The notes under the pieces were generated by a model. It ran no database searches. It was not told the origin of the DNA and worked only from the letters and a program-made list of their open reading frames with translations. Positions 49,412-60,475 of a DNA stretch of 64,000 bases are shown one piece after another (the first letter of the stretch is position 1; every line of letters starts with the position of its first letter). Both the position numbers and the translations under genes were made by a program. This DNA is from Promethearchaeota archaeon (GTDB lineage: Archaea; Asgardarchaeota; Lokiarchaeia; Sigyniarchaeales; SOKP01), in assembly GCA_019058445.1 (NCBI GenBank), contig JAHPZA010000006.1:1-64000 (forward strand). The letters run 5' to 3'.

Positions 49412-50608
49412 TTATTTATTACCCTTTATGATTTCAAGATTTTTATCTAAATCGAACATTATACTGACTCTTCCTGTCCCAATAGGTGAGATTTGCCCAA
49501 TTATGACGTTTTCAGGGATTCCAAGCAATTTTTCTTCTTCTCCATATAATCCCGCATCAAGTAATTGATTTACGGTAACTTCAAAGGCAGCCCTGGCAAA
49601 TACACTTGATTTAGAGCCAGAAATTCCATGCCTACCTATCGATTGAATGGTCCCGGATACGCACATGAGGTCAGATAAAATAAGCAAGTGTCTTAAATCA
49701 ACATCCAATCCTTGTTGTTCAAGAACTTTTTGAGATTCCCTAATTATCATGTTTCTAGCAGCTTCTATTCCGTATAGCTTTTCAACTTCATGTATATGAT
49801 TTGAAACAGTTCGTGCAGCATCAACACCTTCAATTTGTACTACTCCTTGTAGATTAGTTCCCTCAGTTTTAATTATCCATTCCTTTTTGACTTCTTCTAA
49901 AGGCATTAGTAATCCTCTTTTCACCCCTCTTATGCCCTTTACCACTTTTTTCAGAATTTTTTCTCGCATTTTTTGTAAGCTTTGTAAATCCTCAATTCCA
50001 GGATCGATAATTACAGAATTGCCTTCTCTTTTAATAGTTCCCTTTTTCTTATATCTTTTTAAAATCTCGGGAATTTCATCAATATCAATTCCTTTTTTTT
50101 CACAAATTTCAGGTATAAGATTAATGATAATATTCCAATCTACATAATCCAAATCTACATCATGTGTAATATTCTCTATTCTAATTTGTTCTATACGATT
50201 GTGAACTTTAATAGCAGTTTCTTCAGACCCCCCATACTCTTTTTCAAGAAATACCTCCATTTGGGGAGTTGATGGGAATCGTCTCGCATCAACAATCTCG
50301 ATTAAACGGGGAAGTCCTTGAGTTACGGAAAATTCCTCTACTCCAGCATAATGAAAAGTTCTTAAAGTCATTTGAGTACCGGGTTCTCCAATGCTTTGTG
50401 CAGCAACTACTCCACAAGCCTCCGATACTTCTATTTTTGCATTATTGTAATTTATAAATATTTTATTTAAAAAATATTCTAACTGTTCTTCTTCTAACTC
50501 AATATCAATTATTTTATCTCTAATTTTTTCAATTAAATCTTCTGGAATTCCATCATCTTGTAATTCTTTTAAACGTTCTTCTAAAATTTTTGGTGTAACT
50601 TTTGCCAT
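49412..50608 (-). CDS. rpoA2: RNA polymerase subunit A''
   Basis: [31 protein letters not shown]; likely start MAKVTP. Confidence 0.97.
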   Translation of the reverse strand: MAKVTPKILEERLKELQDDGIPEDLIEKIRDKIIDIELEEEQLEYFLNKIFINYNNAKIEVSEACGVVAAQSIGEPGTQMTLRTFHYAGVEEFSVTQGLPRLIEIVDARRFPSTPQMEVFLEKEYGGSEETAIKVHNRIEQIRIENITHDVDLDYVDWNIIINLIPEICEKKGIDIDEIPEILKRYKKKGTIKREGNSVIIDPGIEDLQSLQKMREKILKKVVKGIRGVKRGLLMPLEEVKKEWIIKTEGTNLQGVVQIEGVDAARTVSNHIHEVEKLYGIEAARNMIIRESQKVLEQQGLDVDLRHLLILSDLMCVSGTIQSIGRHGISGSKSSVFARAAFEVTVNQLLDAGLYGEEEKLLGIPENVIIGQISPIGTGRVSIMFDLDKNLEIIKGNK

Positions 50609-50636
50609 TTTACATACACACTCTTTATAATTTTTA

Positions 50637-53591
50637 TTATCCAAATTTTTCTGCTTTCCATTCAATATAACCTTTAGTTAATTTTCCCCGCCATACAGCA
50701 TTTTTTCCAGTTTCTTCATTGTATTGTGCTTGAAGTGCTTCTTCGTCCTGTTCATCGGCAGTTGGTCTATCTTTTTTTGCGGGTGCTTTTTTGGCAGGCT
50801 CTTTTTTGGCGGCAGCTTTTTTAGCTGGAACTTTTTTAGGAGCTGCTTTTTTTGGAGCGGATTCACTTTTGATTTCTTTTTGAATTTTATCAACATCAAG
50901 AGCTTTTGCTTTAAGTAATAGGACATCTAAATTAACGGCATTACCGTGATCAGTATGCATTGGATCTATTCCATCATCACCAAAACTAAATTGTATTATA
51001 TTTTTATCTGAATTACGAACTGTACCATCATTTTCAATGACCATATCTTGTAGGGCATTAACTAATCTCCTTTGCATATATCCACTTGTGGAGGTTCTTA
51101 CTGCAGTATCAACAAGACCCTCACGACCTCCCATTGCATGAAAAAAGAATTCTTCAGGGCGTAGACCATTACGATAAGAGGATGTAACAAAACCGCGTGA
51201 ACGGGGAGTAAGATCATTAATTTTGAAATGAGGTAAAGTTCTTTGACTATAACCTCTATTAATTCTTTCACCTCTTATTGCTTGTTGTCCAACTACAGCA
51301 GACATTTGGCCTAAATTCAAAATATTACCTCGAGCACCTGATTTCGTCATAATAACAGAATGAGCTTCATCTCCAATATAATGTGCTGCAGTTTCCTCTG
51401 CTTTTTTACGAGCTTCTGCCAACACTTGTCTTATCCTCAGCTCTAAAGTTTCTCTCATTGAACGTCCAGGGGCCCTTTTCAAAATTTTTGTGTTATTTTC
51501 ATTAAAGGCTTTTATGAGCTTTTCAGCCTCCTTATTCGCCTCATCCAATATCTGTTGAATTGCATCGTAAGCCAATCCTTTTACGTAAACTTCATCTAAA
51601 CCCATCGTCATCCCATTTTGACGAATCACATATAGCAGCATTTTAGTAGCATTATCTAAAAATTCTCTTCCCCTTGCATTGCCATGATCTTTTATTATTC
51701 GCGCTAAAATACTGTTCGATTGCATTGCGCCAAATGAATTTTCATCAATGGTTCCTGTAATCAATTCACCATTTTTAATCATTACATACGCATCAAATTT
51801 GCAGTCTTTTCCTTTACATACATCACATTTTTTACAAAATTTAGATCTTACTCGTATATTTAAATCATCCGGAAATAATGAACTAAATATTTGCTTTCCA
51901 GAATACATAGGTTCGGGATCAGTAGTAATTGGTGTTAGATGATCTAATTGAAAATCGGGATTGGTTTCAAAAATTCCACCCATATATAATAATTTTAATG
52001 TATCTTTTTTATTGTATAATGATTCCTTACTTGTAAATTGAAATACAGATGATATAAAATCTTGAATTCCACCTAATATGGGGCCTCCAAATCGAGGTGA
52101 TAAAATATGTTCTTGAACTTTTAGCAATAACTCTGCTTCTGTACGCGCTTCTTCACTTTGCGGTACATGTAAATTCATCTCATCACCATCAAAATCAGCA
52201 TTGTATGGAGGGCATACAGTCAAATTTAATCTAAATGTTTTTCCATCCATAATTTTTACTTCATGAGCCATAATCGACATTCTATGAAGAGATGGTTGTC
52301 GATTGAACAGAACTAAATCCCCATTATTTAAATGTCGTTCAACTGTAAATCCAGGAGCTAGCATATCAGCAATGATTTTTCTGTTTTTTACATATCGAAG
52401 ATCAATCCTTCTTCGATCATTTCTAATTATATAATTTGCCCCCGGATGTCTAAGAGGACCATTAAGAACTAATTGTTTCATTTCTTCGATGTTCCAATCA
52501 TTTACATTAGTTGGGATTGTTAATATTTTGGCAACGTCTTGGGGAACCCCTACATCATTAACACTAATATATGGATTTGGTGAAATTACACTTCTTGCGG
52601 AAAAATCTACCCTTTTACCGCTTAAATTACTTCTAAAACGTCCTTCTTTGCCTTTAAGCCTTTGAGTTAAGGTTCTTAACGCTCTCCCAGAGCGATGTCT
52701 TGCAGGGGGTATCCCTGAAACTTGATTATCAAAATAAGTAGTTATATGATATTGTAATAATTCCCATAAATCCTCAACGATTAAATGAGGGGCTCCTGCA
52801 TCAATATTTTCTCTTAACCGCTGATTAATTCTAATAACATCTACTAATTTATGGGTTAGATCATCTTCAGAGCGAATTCCACTGTCCAAGGTAATCGAAG
52901 GTCTTGCACAAACAGGAGGAATAGGTAATACAGTAAAAATTACCCATTCAAGTCTAGCATTTGCCGGAGAAATACCTAATATTCTTAAGTCAGGATCTTG
53001 TATTTTTTTAAGACGTTCTAATATTTCTATAGGAGTTAATCTACGCGATCCTTTATTTTCTTCCTCTTCATAAAAGGTTGTAGGTTTTTCAATTATAATT
53101 TTCTTTTTAATAGCTCCACAGTAAGGACATTGTTTTGTTTTTCTTGCTTTTTTAAATACAACTTTCGTAAAATCTTCCTCAGTCTCAAACGAGATTTGAA
53201 TATTTTTTACTTGTTCTTCTCTAAATTGTTCTTTTTCTTCGTCTGTAAGCATTAATTTAGAGCATTCTGGGCAAATGGAACGTAACACTTTTAATACTTT
53301 CTTGGCATATCCGACATGAATTACCGGTCTCGCCAATTCTATGTGTCCAAAGTGCCCCATACAATTACTTACAAGGTTTCCACAAGTTTGGCATCTTTGT
53401 CCCGGCTCAATAGTACCTAATCGCTGATCCATAAGTCCTGAAGGAATTGGTAACCCATCTTCATCATAAGTGTCGGCTGTAATTATTCTAGCAGCTGACA
53501 TTTTTCTAATCTCGTCCGGACTTAATAATCCGAATTTGATTTTCTCAATCATTTTGGTCCTAGAAAATGTATAACTCATAGGAGATAACAT
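50637..53591 (-). CDS. rpoA1: RNA polymerase subunit A'
   Basis: [28 protein letters not shown]; extra K/A/P-rich tail. Confidence 0.98.
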   Translation of the reverse strand: MLSPMSYTFSRTKMIEKIKFGLLSPDEIRKMSAARIITADTYDEDGLPIPSGLMDQRLGTIEPGQRCQTCGNLVSNCMGHFGHIELARPVIHVGYAKKVLKVLRSICPECSKLMLTDEEKEQFREEQVKNIQISFETEEDFTKVVFKKARKTKQCPYCGAIKKKIIIEKPTTFYEEEENKGSRRLTPIEILERLKKIQDPDLRILGISPANARLEWVIFTVLPIPPVCARPSITLDSGIRSEDDLTHKLVDVIRINQRLRENIDAGAPHLIVEDLWELLQYHITTYFDNQVSGIPPARHRSGRALRTLTQRLKGKEGRFRSNLSGKRVDFSARSVISPNPYISVNDVGVPQDVAKILTIPTNVNDWNIEEMKQLVLNGPLRHPGANYIIRNDRRRIDLRYVKNRKIIADMLAPGFTVERHLNNGDLVLFNRQPSLHRMSIMAHEVKIMDGKTFRLNLTVCPPYNADFDGDEMNLHVPQSEEARTEAELLLKVQEHILSPRFGGPILGGIQDFISSVFQFTSKESLYNKKDTLKLLYMGGIFETNPDFQLDHLTPITTDPEPMYSGKQIFSSLFPDDLNIRVRSKFCKKCDVCKGKDCKFDAYVMIKNGELITGTIDENSFGAMQSNSILARIIKDHGNARGREFLDNATKMLLYVIRQNGMTMGLDEVYVKGLAYDAIQQILDEANKEAEKLIKAFNENNTKILKRAPGRSMRETLELRIRQVLAEARKKAEETAAHYIGDEAHSVIMTKSGARGNILNLGQMSAVVGQQAIRGERINRGYSQRTLPHFKINDLTPRSRGFVTSSYRNGLRPEEFFFHAMGGREGLVDTAVRTSTSGYMQRRLVNALQDMVIENDGTVRNSDKNIIQFSFGDDGIDPMHTDHGNAVNLDVLLLKAKALDVDKIQKEIKSESAPKKAAPKKVPAKKAAAKKEPAKKAPAKKDRPTADEQDEEALQAQYNEETGKNAVWRGKLTKGYIEWKAEKFG

Positions 53592-53808
53592 CCACTAATT
53601 TCTATTTGAAATTCTAATACTATATAAAAATAAGTTGACAACTCTTGCACTATGGAGTAAAAAATACATTAAAAAATAAAAATTTTTTGGTTTTAGAGCT
53701 AATATTTATCTCTTTTTTTATTTTTTATATCTATAGATAAAAATGATTTAAAAACCTCTGTTCTAAGAGGATTCATTTTAGACTTATTTACAGTCAGTGT
53801 GATTCATA

Positions 53809-54981
53809 ATGACAAAAAAATTATTCTGGATACAACCTTACGATAAAGAATTCGAAGCAACAATAACAGCAGTAAGGAAAGAGGGAACAGTATTAGATCA
53901 AACTTTATTTTACCCTAGAAGTGGTGGACAAGCAAGCGATCGGGGCATTCTAAAAATGGGTGATTTAAAATTAGAAGTTGACAATGTCTCGAAAGCTGAC
54001 GATGAAATAATTCATCAAATTCCTACGGAATTCCTCGATACTATGAATATAGGAGACAAAATTACAGGGACCATTGATTGGGAATACCGATATGGTTTAA
54101 TGAAAGCTCATACATCTCAACACTTATTTTCAGCAATCGTGAAAAAGATGCTTGATATAGATACAGGACGAGTAGATATTAGTTTTGAAGAAGTCACATT
54201 TCAATTAACTAAGAGTTTGAGTTATGATCAATTAAAATCAGCATATAAGGAGATAAATCGTATTTGCACTGTTGAAAATATCAAAATAATTAGTAAAATT
54301 ATCACATATAAAGAAGCGGTCGATCTTAGCAAAGATATTAGAGGAGAAGAATTGCCTAAACACGATACTATCAGGCTTATCGAAAGTGAAAATTATGATT
54401 TAACTGCTTGCGGGGGAACCCATGTTCGGAACTCTAACGAAATCGGTCTTTTATTCATATATGAATTTAAGAGGGGGACTGATATTAAATATAACGTTGG
54501 TATGAAAGCTTTAACAGAAATATCAGAAATGATTCCGGATCTTTTAGAATTTAGCAATTCAATAAACCAACCAATAACAAATTTAAATGAAACCCTTAAA
54601 AAACGTTCAAATCTAATTGATAATTTACAACGGGATAAGATCGATCTTACAATTAATATTTTACACAAACTTTCCGAAAATCCTAATTTGAAAATAGAAA
54701 ATATTGGCATAAGCTATATAGATTTTCAAGTTGATAACAAAACGCTTTCAAAGGAGTTCAAAAATTTTCCACCAAATTCGCTTCTTATTATCAAGCTAGA
54801 AGAGAAAAAGTATAAAATTTTTTCAAACTCTAAGGATATCCTAGCTAAGGAGGTTATACAATATTTAATAGAGAAATATGAGGGAAAAGGGGGTGGTTCA
54901 GACACTTCTGCTCAGTGTGCCCTAGATAACAAACCTGTGGACATTTTAAATGATATGAAAATATTTTTAAATCAGAAATAA
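53809..54981 (+). CDS. AlaX-type tRNA editing protein with DHHA1-like C-terminus
   Basis: FYPRSGGQ, HTSQH, CGGTH, GKGGG. Confidence 0.9.
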   Translation: MTKKLFWIQPYDKEFEATITAVRKEGTVLDQTLFYPRSGGQASDRGILKMGDLKLEVDNVSKADDEIIHQIPTEFLDTMNIGDKITGTIDWEYRYGLMKAHTSQHLFSAIVKKMLDIDTGRVDISFEEVTFQLTKSLSYDQLKSAYKEINRICTVENIKIISKIITYKEAVDLSKDIRGEELPKHDTIRLIESENYDLTACGGTHVRNSNEIGLLFIYEFKRGTDIKYNVGMKALTEISEMIPDLLEFSNSINQPITNLNETLKKRSNLIDNLQRDKIDLTINILHKLSENPNLKIENIGISYIDFQVDNKTLSKEFKNFPPNSLLIIKLEEKKYKIFSNSKDILAKEVIQYLIEKYEGKGGGSDTSAQCALDNKPVDILNDMKIFLNQK

Positions 54982-55233
54982 CACACACACCGCCTAATAA
55001 ATCTTATTATAATTGATACAGAACGGAATCGCAAAACGAGAGGTACAAGAACTAGTTTGAAAGATTGTCTTTCTTTACAGATAGGAGAAACTGTACTCTT
55101 TAAATTTTTGTGATTAAAAATGTTTTTGAATTTTATTAACCACTTTTCATTTGAGACCGACTATTTTAGCATATTAAAATAAGTAGATTTATATAAAAGA
55201 ATTTAATTTGATGTTATAATTTATACATTTATT

Positions 55234-55836
55234 ATGGATAAACTTGGCATTCTTAAAATTAAAGTTGTAAATTTTATTCTACAGATTTTCATTTTAAGTT
55301 TATTCATCTATGTTTTTAATTATAAGTTTGAAATTAATTTTGATGGAAGTATATCAAAAGAACGGCGAGATATTATTCAATTTCTCGCAAATTATATAAT
55401 GTTTGATGCAAACAATATCTCTGAAGTTCAATTCATATTCATATCATGGATTATTATATCGCTTATCCCAGTAATTAATTTCGATGATTATAAAACGATA
55501 TATTCCATGAATTTATATACGTTTTTCTTTCCCAATTTCTTTTTTTATATCTTCTTATATCGATATTCACCTAATTATTTTCATTCACGTTTTTCTACGC
55601 TTATTATACAAACCTTAATTCTTGGTGTTATTATCGTGGTTTTTTCAATTGGAATTTCGTTTGTATTAAAAAAAACCATAAGACATAAAGGGAAAGCTCA
55701 ATTTGAAGATTTTAAAAAAATTGTTAAGAACATTACATATAAGTGTCCCAACTGTGGGACTGAATTTAACTCAATCCCAAAATACTGTTATACTTGCTTA
55801 AAAGAATTAGAAACAAATGAGAATTTTCATGAGTGA
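55234..55836 (+). CDS. Membrane protein with C-terminal Zn ribbon
   Basis: About 4 TM segments; CPNC..CYTC. Confidence 0.7.
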   Translation: MDKLGILKIKVVNFILQIFILSLFIYVFNYKFEINFDGSISKERRDIIQFLANYIMFDANNISEVQFIFISWIIISLIPVINFDDYKTIYSMNLYTFFFPNFFFYIFLYRYSPNYFHSRFSTLIIQTLILGVIIVVFSIGISFVLKKTIRHKGKAQFEDFKKIVKNITYKCPNCGTEFNSIPKYCYTCLKELETNENFHE

Positions 55837-57307
55837 TAATAATATGGCCCTTGACGGCTTATTTAAGCCCCAAACTGCTGCTATTTTTGAAGCGAAGGAG
55901 AATTTTTCCTTTTTCATAGAAGGTTTTAAGACCCAAGGTTTTGATTTAGATAACTTATATTTAATTTCTCCATCAGAGGAGGAGATTTTAGGTATAAAAT
56001 GTTATAAATCTTTTAGCAACATACCAATTAATACAATTGATCTGTTAATCTTAGCAGTTGGCAGAGATCGCCTTATAGATTCTTTAAGAAGTATTTTAGC
56101 TGTGAAAAAAGTTAGATTTATTCACTTTTTCACAGCCAGAACGGGCGAAGCTGATGAGATTGGTCTCAAAATTGAAAACGAAATAAGAGAGATATTAGAG
56201 CATGAGTATCCTAACACTCAAGCAATCGGTCCCAATTGCATGGGTGTTTATTGTCCTAAACATAGTTCTTATCTTCCTGACTTTCCCACTGAAAAGGGAG
56301 TTATAGGATTAGTTTTTCATTCTGGTGATTTATGTACAAGAACAATAAGATATGGTTTCATAAGACATAATTTAACCTTCTCGAAGGGAGCAAGTATTGG
56401 TAATTGTGTAAATCTACAAGTTTCTGATTTTTTGAAATTTTTTAAACATGATGAAGAAACTAAGGTCATAGCTACCTATTTTGAAGGATTTTCTCGATAT
56501 GGAAAAAATGAAGGAAGAAAAATATTCAATTTATTGGAAAATATAAAAAAACCTGTTTTATTCTTAAGGGGAGGTAAAACTAAGAGAGGACAATCTGCGG
56601 TATTAACTCATACTGGCTCACTGGGAACAGATGAAAAAATTTGGAGAGCTATTTTTAATCAAACGCCTTTAATCGAGGTAGGAAGCTCTATAAATGAACT
56701 TCTTGACTTTTTATACATATTCAATAAATATTATAAGAATAATCGAGGAACATTGATAGAAGATCAAATAAGTTTTTATCCCAAAGGTAAAAATACATTA
56801 GTAATTATTTGGTCAGGAGGTCTGGGCATTCTTGACACTGATACTTTAACTGAATTTGGGTTGAATTTACCATTATTCGATGGGAAAATAGTAGAGAAAT
56901 TAATGGAAATATATTCTTTAAAAATAGGATCACTCTCAAATCCCCTTGATCTTCCTTGGATTTCATCCAGAAGACATCAACAATATCTCGATCTTTGCAA
57001 AGCAGCAATTTCTGAGGACATCCAATTAGTAATAATGTACTCGGATGCTCGTCGTCGTGATAAAAAGACTTTTGAAATTATGTATAATAATTTAAAAACA
57101 ATAAAAGAATATGTAGAGTCGCTAAATAAAGTGTTTATCCTTATATTGCCTGATTCACCTTCCAATCTTAGAAAACAATATTATAAAATGCTTCTTAAAG
57201 ATGATTTTCTGGTATATCCCGATATCCAAAGAGCAGCTAAAGCTTTTTTGGCATTTTATCAACATGGGAAACAATTAAGAAGAATGCTAAAGAAAGAAAA
57301 ATTATAA
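55829..57307 (+). CDS. ADP-forming acyl-CoA synthetase alpha-like paralogue 1
   Basis: LFKP, GPNCMG, SIGN, YFEG, THTG, SNPLD. Confidence 0.85.
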   Translation: MSDNNMALDGLFKPQTAAIFEAKENFSFFIEGFKTQGFDLDNLYLISPSEEEILGIKCYKSFSNIPINTIDLLILAVGRDRLIDSLRSILAVKKVRFIHFFTARTGEADEIGLKIENEIREILEHEYPNTQAIGPNCMGVYCPKHSSYLPDFPTEKGVIGLVFHSGDLCTRTIRYGFIRHNLTFSKGASIGNCVNLQVSDFLKFFKHDEETKVIATYFEGFSRYGKNEGRKIFNLLENIKKPVLFLRGGKTKRGQSAVLTHTGSLGTDEKIWRAIFNQTPLIEVGSSINELLDFLYIFNKYYKNNRGTLIEDQISFYPKGKNTLVIIWSGGLGILDTDTLTEFGLNLPLFDGKIVEKLMEIYSLKIGSLSNPLDLPWISSRRHQQYLDLCKAAISEDIQLVIMYSDARRRDKKTFEIMYNNLKTIKEYVESLNKVFILILPDSPSNLRKQYYKMLLKDDFLVYPDIQRAAKAFLAFYQHGKQLRRMLKKEKL

Positions 57308-57328
57308 TTTTTAAATCCAAGAATAAAA

Positions 57329-58834
57329 ATGTCAAGGTTAAAGAAAGAATTTACAATAAAAACGTCCAAGAGTATTGAAAATATGAAATCTTTAGATTTA
57401 TTGTTTAAACCTCGAAATGTAGTTATTTTTGAAGCGAAACCAAAAGTGGGTTATTTCATAGAAGGATTAAAATCACAAGGCTTTAATTTAGAGAATTTAT
57501 ATCTAATTTCTCCATCTAAAGATGAATTATCTGGCTTAAAATGCTATAATTCATTTGATGATCTTCCAATCGAAACCATTGATTTATTAATTTTATCTAT
57601 CAAAAGAGATTTAGTTATCCAAGCTTTAAATAATATTTTTTCTAAGAAAAAGGTAAATTTTATCCATTTTTTTACCGCAGGAATGAGTGAATCTGATGAA
57701 GAAGGACTATTTATTGAAAATCAAATTAGAAGAATTCTCGAGAATCCAGAAATTACCACCAGAGCGATTGGACCAAATTGTTTCGGTATATATTGTCCCA
57801 GTGGAAATAATTCATATATGCCATTTTTTCCAAATAAAAGTGGAAATATCGCCATAATTTCTCATTCTGGAGATATACTTTCTAGAACGGTGGGAAATGG
57901 AGCACTTATTTATAATCTGACATTTTCTAAGGGAGCTAGTATTGGTAATTGCGTGAGTTTACAAGTCTCTGATTTTTTAGAATATTTTAACCAAGATGAA
58001 GAGACCGATATTATTCTTATATATTTTGAGGGCTTTTCTCGTTATGAAAAATTGGAAGGGAGAAAATTATTTGAATTATTAATTAATATGCGAAAGCCTG
58101 TGTTAATTTTAAGAGGCGGAAAGACTAAGAGAGGGCAGTCTGCGGTTTTGTCCCACACTGGTTCATTGGGAACTCCTGAAAGAATATGGCATGCATTGTA
58201 TAAACAAACTCCTTTAATAGAAGTTGGAAGTTCTATAGAAGAAGTTATAGATCATTTATATTTCTTCTATGAATTTTATAAAAAAAATCGAGATTTGTCA
58301 TTAGATGCTAAGATCGATAAACTCCCTAAAGGAAAAAATGCCCTGGTAATTATTTGGAGCGGAGGGATTGGTATTATCGATACTGACGTCTTAACCGAAT
58401 TAGGATTTAATTTACCATTATTCAAGGGAGAAAAAGAGGAAAAATTAAATAAAATATATCCAGTTAAAATTGGTTCTCTTTCCAATCCTTTGGATCTTCC
58501 TTGGGTCTCGCGATCTGAAAAATATCTTGAATTATGTAAAGAAGCTATTTCCGAAGATATTGATATTGTGTTTATGCATACAGATGCAAGATTTGGTCGG
58601 AATTTAAAAAAACGTTTAGACAATTTGACAAAAATTAAAAATTATGTAGAATCCCAAAATAAAATATTAATCTTAATATTGCCTGAAACTCCCGAAAAAA
58701 ATCGGATTCGATACTTCCGTGCATTGGTTGAAAATGGATTTATTGTTTTTCCTGAACTTATGAGAGCTGGAAAAGCATATTTAGCCCTATATAATTATGG
58801 AATAAAAATTAAAAAGATGGAAAACAGAATTTAG
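57329..58834 (+). CDS. ADP-forming acyl-CoA synthetase alpha-like paralogue 2
   Basis: GPNCFG, SHTG, SNPLD. Confidence 0.85.
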   Translation: MSRLKKEFTIKTSKSIENMKSLDLLFKPRNVVIFEAKPKVGYFIEGLKSQGFNLENLYLISPSKDELSGLKCYNSFDDLPIETIDLLILSIKRDLVIQALNNIFSKKKVNFIHFFTAGMSESDEEGLFIENQIRRILENPEITTRAIGPNCFGIYCPSGNNSYMPFFPNKSGNIAIISHSGDILSRTVGNGALIYNLTFSKGASIGNCVSLQVSDFLEYFNQDEETDIILIYFEGFSRYEKLEGRKLFELLINMRKPVLILRGGKTKRGQSAVLSHTGSLGTPERIWHALYKQTPLIEVGSSIEEVIDHLYFFYEFYKKNRDLSLDAKIDKLPKGKNALVIIWSGGIGIIDTDVLTELGFNLPLFKGEKEEKLNKIYPVKIGSLSNPLDLPWVSRSEKYLELCKEAISEDIDIVFMHTDARFGRNLKKRLDNLTKIKNYVESQNKILILILPETPEKNRIRYFRALVENGFIVFPELMRAGKAYLALYNYGIKIKKMENRI

Positions 58835-58876
58835 ATTTGTTAAATTATTTAGAGAAATATAAAGTGAAATTTAATA

Positions 58877-60364
58877 ATGTCAAAAAACAAAGAAAAGGAA
58901 AAATACTTGGATCCTTTATTTAAACCTAAAACAGTAGCAATTTATGGTGCCAGCGAGAGGGGTTCAACAAAACATTTTGTTGGAGGATTAGAAGTCCAGG
59001 GATTTAACAAGAAAAATCTTTATTTGATTAATCCATCTAAAGAGGAATTATTTGGATTAAAAGTATATAAATCACTTAAGGAAGTTCCGGAAGAGGAAAT
59101 TGATCATCTTATTTTATCTATCAGAAGAGAAAGATTAATTCAAAGTTTAGAAGAAATTTTTTCACAGAAAAAAGTGAATTCAATCCAAATATTTACCGCA
59201 GGCACGGGAGAGTATGATACTGAGGGGATACAAATTGAAAGAGATATTAAAGAAATGCTTAATGATGAGAAAGTTAACACCAGAATTATTGGACCTAATT
59301 GTATGGGGGTTTACAGTCCAAGTGGACATATTGCATATTTAAAAAGTTTTCCGCAAGAACCTGGTAATATTGGTTTAGTATTTCAATCAGGTGATTTACA
59401 CACCAGATTGATTAAGTTTGCTAATTTAAGATATGGAGTTAAATTTTCAAAGGGGGTCAGCATAGGAAACACTGTAGATCTTCAAATATCTGAGGTCTTA
59501 GAATACTTCAATACTGATGAGGAAACTGATATTATCGCAGTATATTTTGAAGGATTCTCTACTCTTCATCCAAATGAGGGCAAAAAATTATTAAAAACTT
59601 TAAAAACTATGAAAAAACCTGTTCTTTTTATGAGAGGTGGTGAAACTGAACGCGGACAAACTGCGGTCCTTACACATACAGGTACGATCGGAACAAAACA
59701 AAAAATATGGGATGCTGTATTTAAACAAACACCTATCATTAAAGTTCCAAGCTCTCTAGATTCAATTTTAGATTATATTTATATTTTCTATACATATATC
59801 AATAGATATAAAAAAATTGGAATAAAGATTAATGAAATTCCATATCCAATTGGAAAAAATACTCTTGTAGTGTTATGGTCTGGAGGATTTGGAATATTGG
59901 CAACGGACACATTAACTAAATTAGGATTGAATTTGCCTAATTTCAAGGGAGAAGTCTTGGAAAAATTAAGACAAATTTACCACATCAAGATCGGGAGCTT
60001 AAGCAATCCTTTAGATATGCCGTGGATTGAAAGCAGTAAGGAATATTTAGAGATATGTAAAGCTGCAATTGCAGAAGACATTGATCTCGTCATAATCGAA
60101 ACGGATGTTGCTAAGAATTTTAAACAAACAAAACATTTTCCCGGGTATTATTCAAATTTAAAAGAAATTAAAGAATTTGTGGAATCTTTAGATAAACTTT
60201 TAATTCTAATTCTCTACCAATATCCCAGCCCACACCGAAAAGAATTTTACGATATGCTCATCGAAGATGGTTTTATCGTATATCCTACTCTTCCTCAAGC
60301 AGCAAAATCTTATTTAGCATTATATGAATATGGTCTGAAAATACAAGCCTTAAAAAATCAATAA
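58877..60364 (+). CDS. ADP-forming acyl-CoA synthetase alpha-like paralogue 3
   Basis: YGAS, INP, GPNCMG, QSG, THTG, SNPLD. Confidence 0.87.
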   Translation: MSKNKEKEKYLDPLFKPKTVAIYGASERGSTKHFVGGLEVQGFNKKNLYLINPSKEELFGLKVYKSLKEVPEEEIDHLILSIRRERLIQSLEEIFSQKKVNSIQIFTAGTGEYDTEGIQIERDIKEMLNDEKVNTRIIGPNCMGVYSPSGHIAYLKSFPQEPGNIGLVFQSGDLHTRLIKFANLRYGVKFSKGVSIGNTVDLQISEVLEYFNTDEETDIIAVYFEGFSTLHPNEGKKLLKTLKTMKKPVLFMRGGETERGQTAVLTHTGTIGTKQKIWDAVFKQTPIIKVPSSLDSILDYIYIFYTYINRYKKIGIKINEIPYPIGKNTLVVLWSGGFGILATDTLTKLGLNLPNFKGEVLEKLRQIYHIKIGSLSNPLDMPWIESSKEYLEICKAAIAEDIDLVIIETDVAKNFKQTKHFPGYYSNLKEIKEFVESLDKLLILILYQYPSPHRKEFYDMLIEDGFIVYPTLPQAAKSYLALYEYGLKIQALKNQ

Positions 60365-60475
60365 AATGGAATTAAGATCAATACGTATTCAATTTTAATC
60401 TTATTTTTGAAAAAACCTAAAATCTAAAGATAAAGTATAATTTACAAAATTAATATTAATAAAAGCCATTAATAA

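Noticed and set aside
55030-55100. Hairpin after AlaX as SECIS or ncRNA
   Set aside because: Short stems only and no neighbouring gene needing UGA recoding was seen
1019-58623. Short ORFs antisense to or nested in long genes (e.g. 4601, 9583, 15723, 26087, 36411, 44056, 54393, 58276)
   Set aside because: Shadow frames of well-supported genes without motifs
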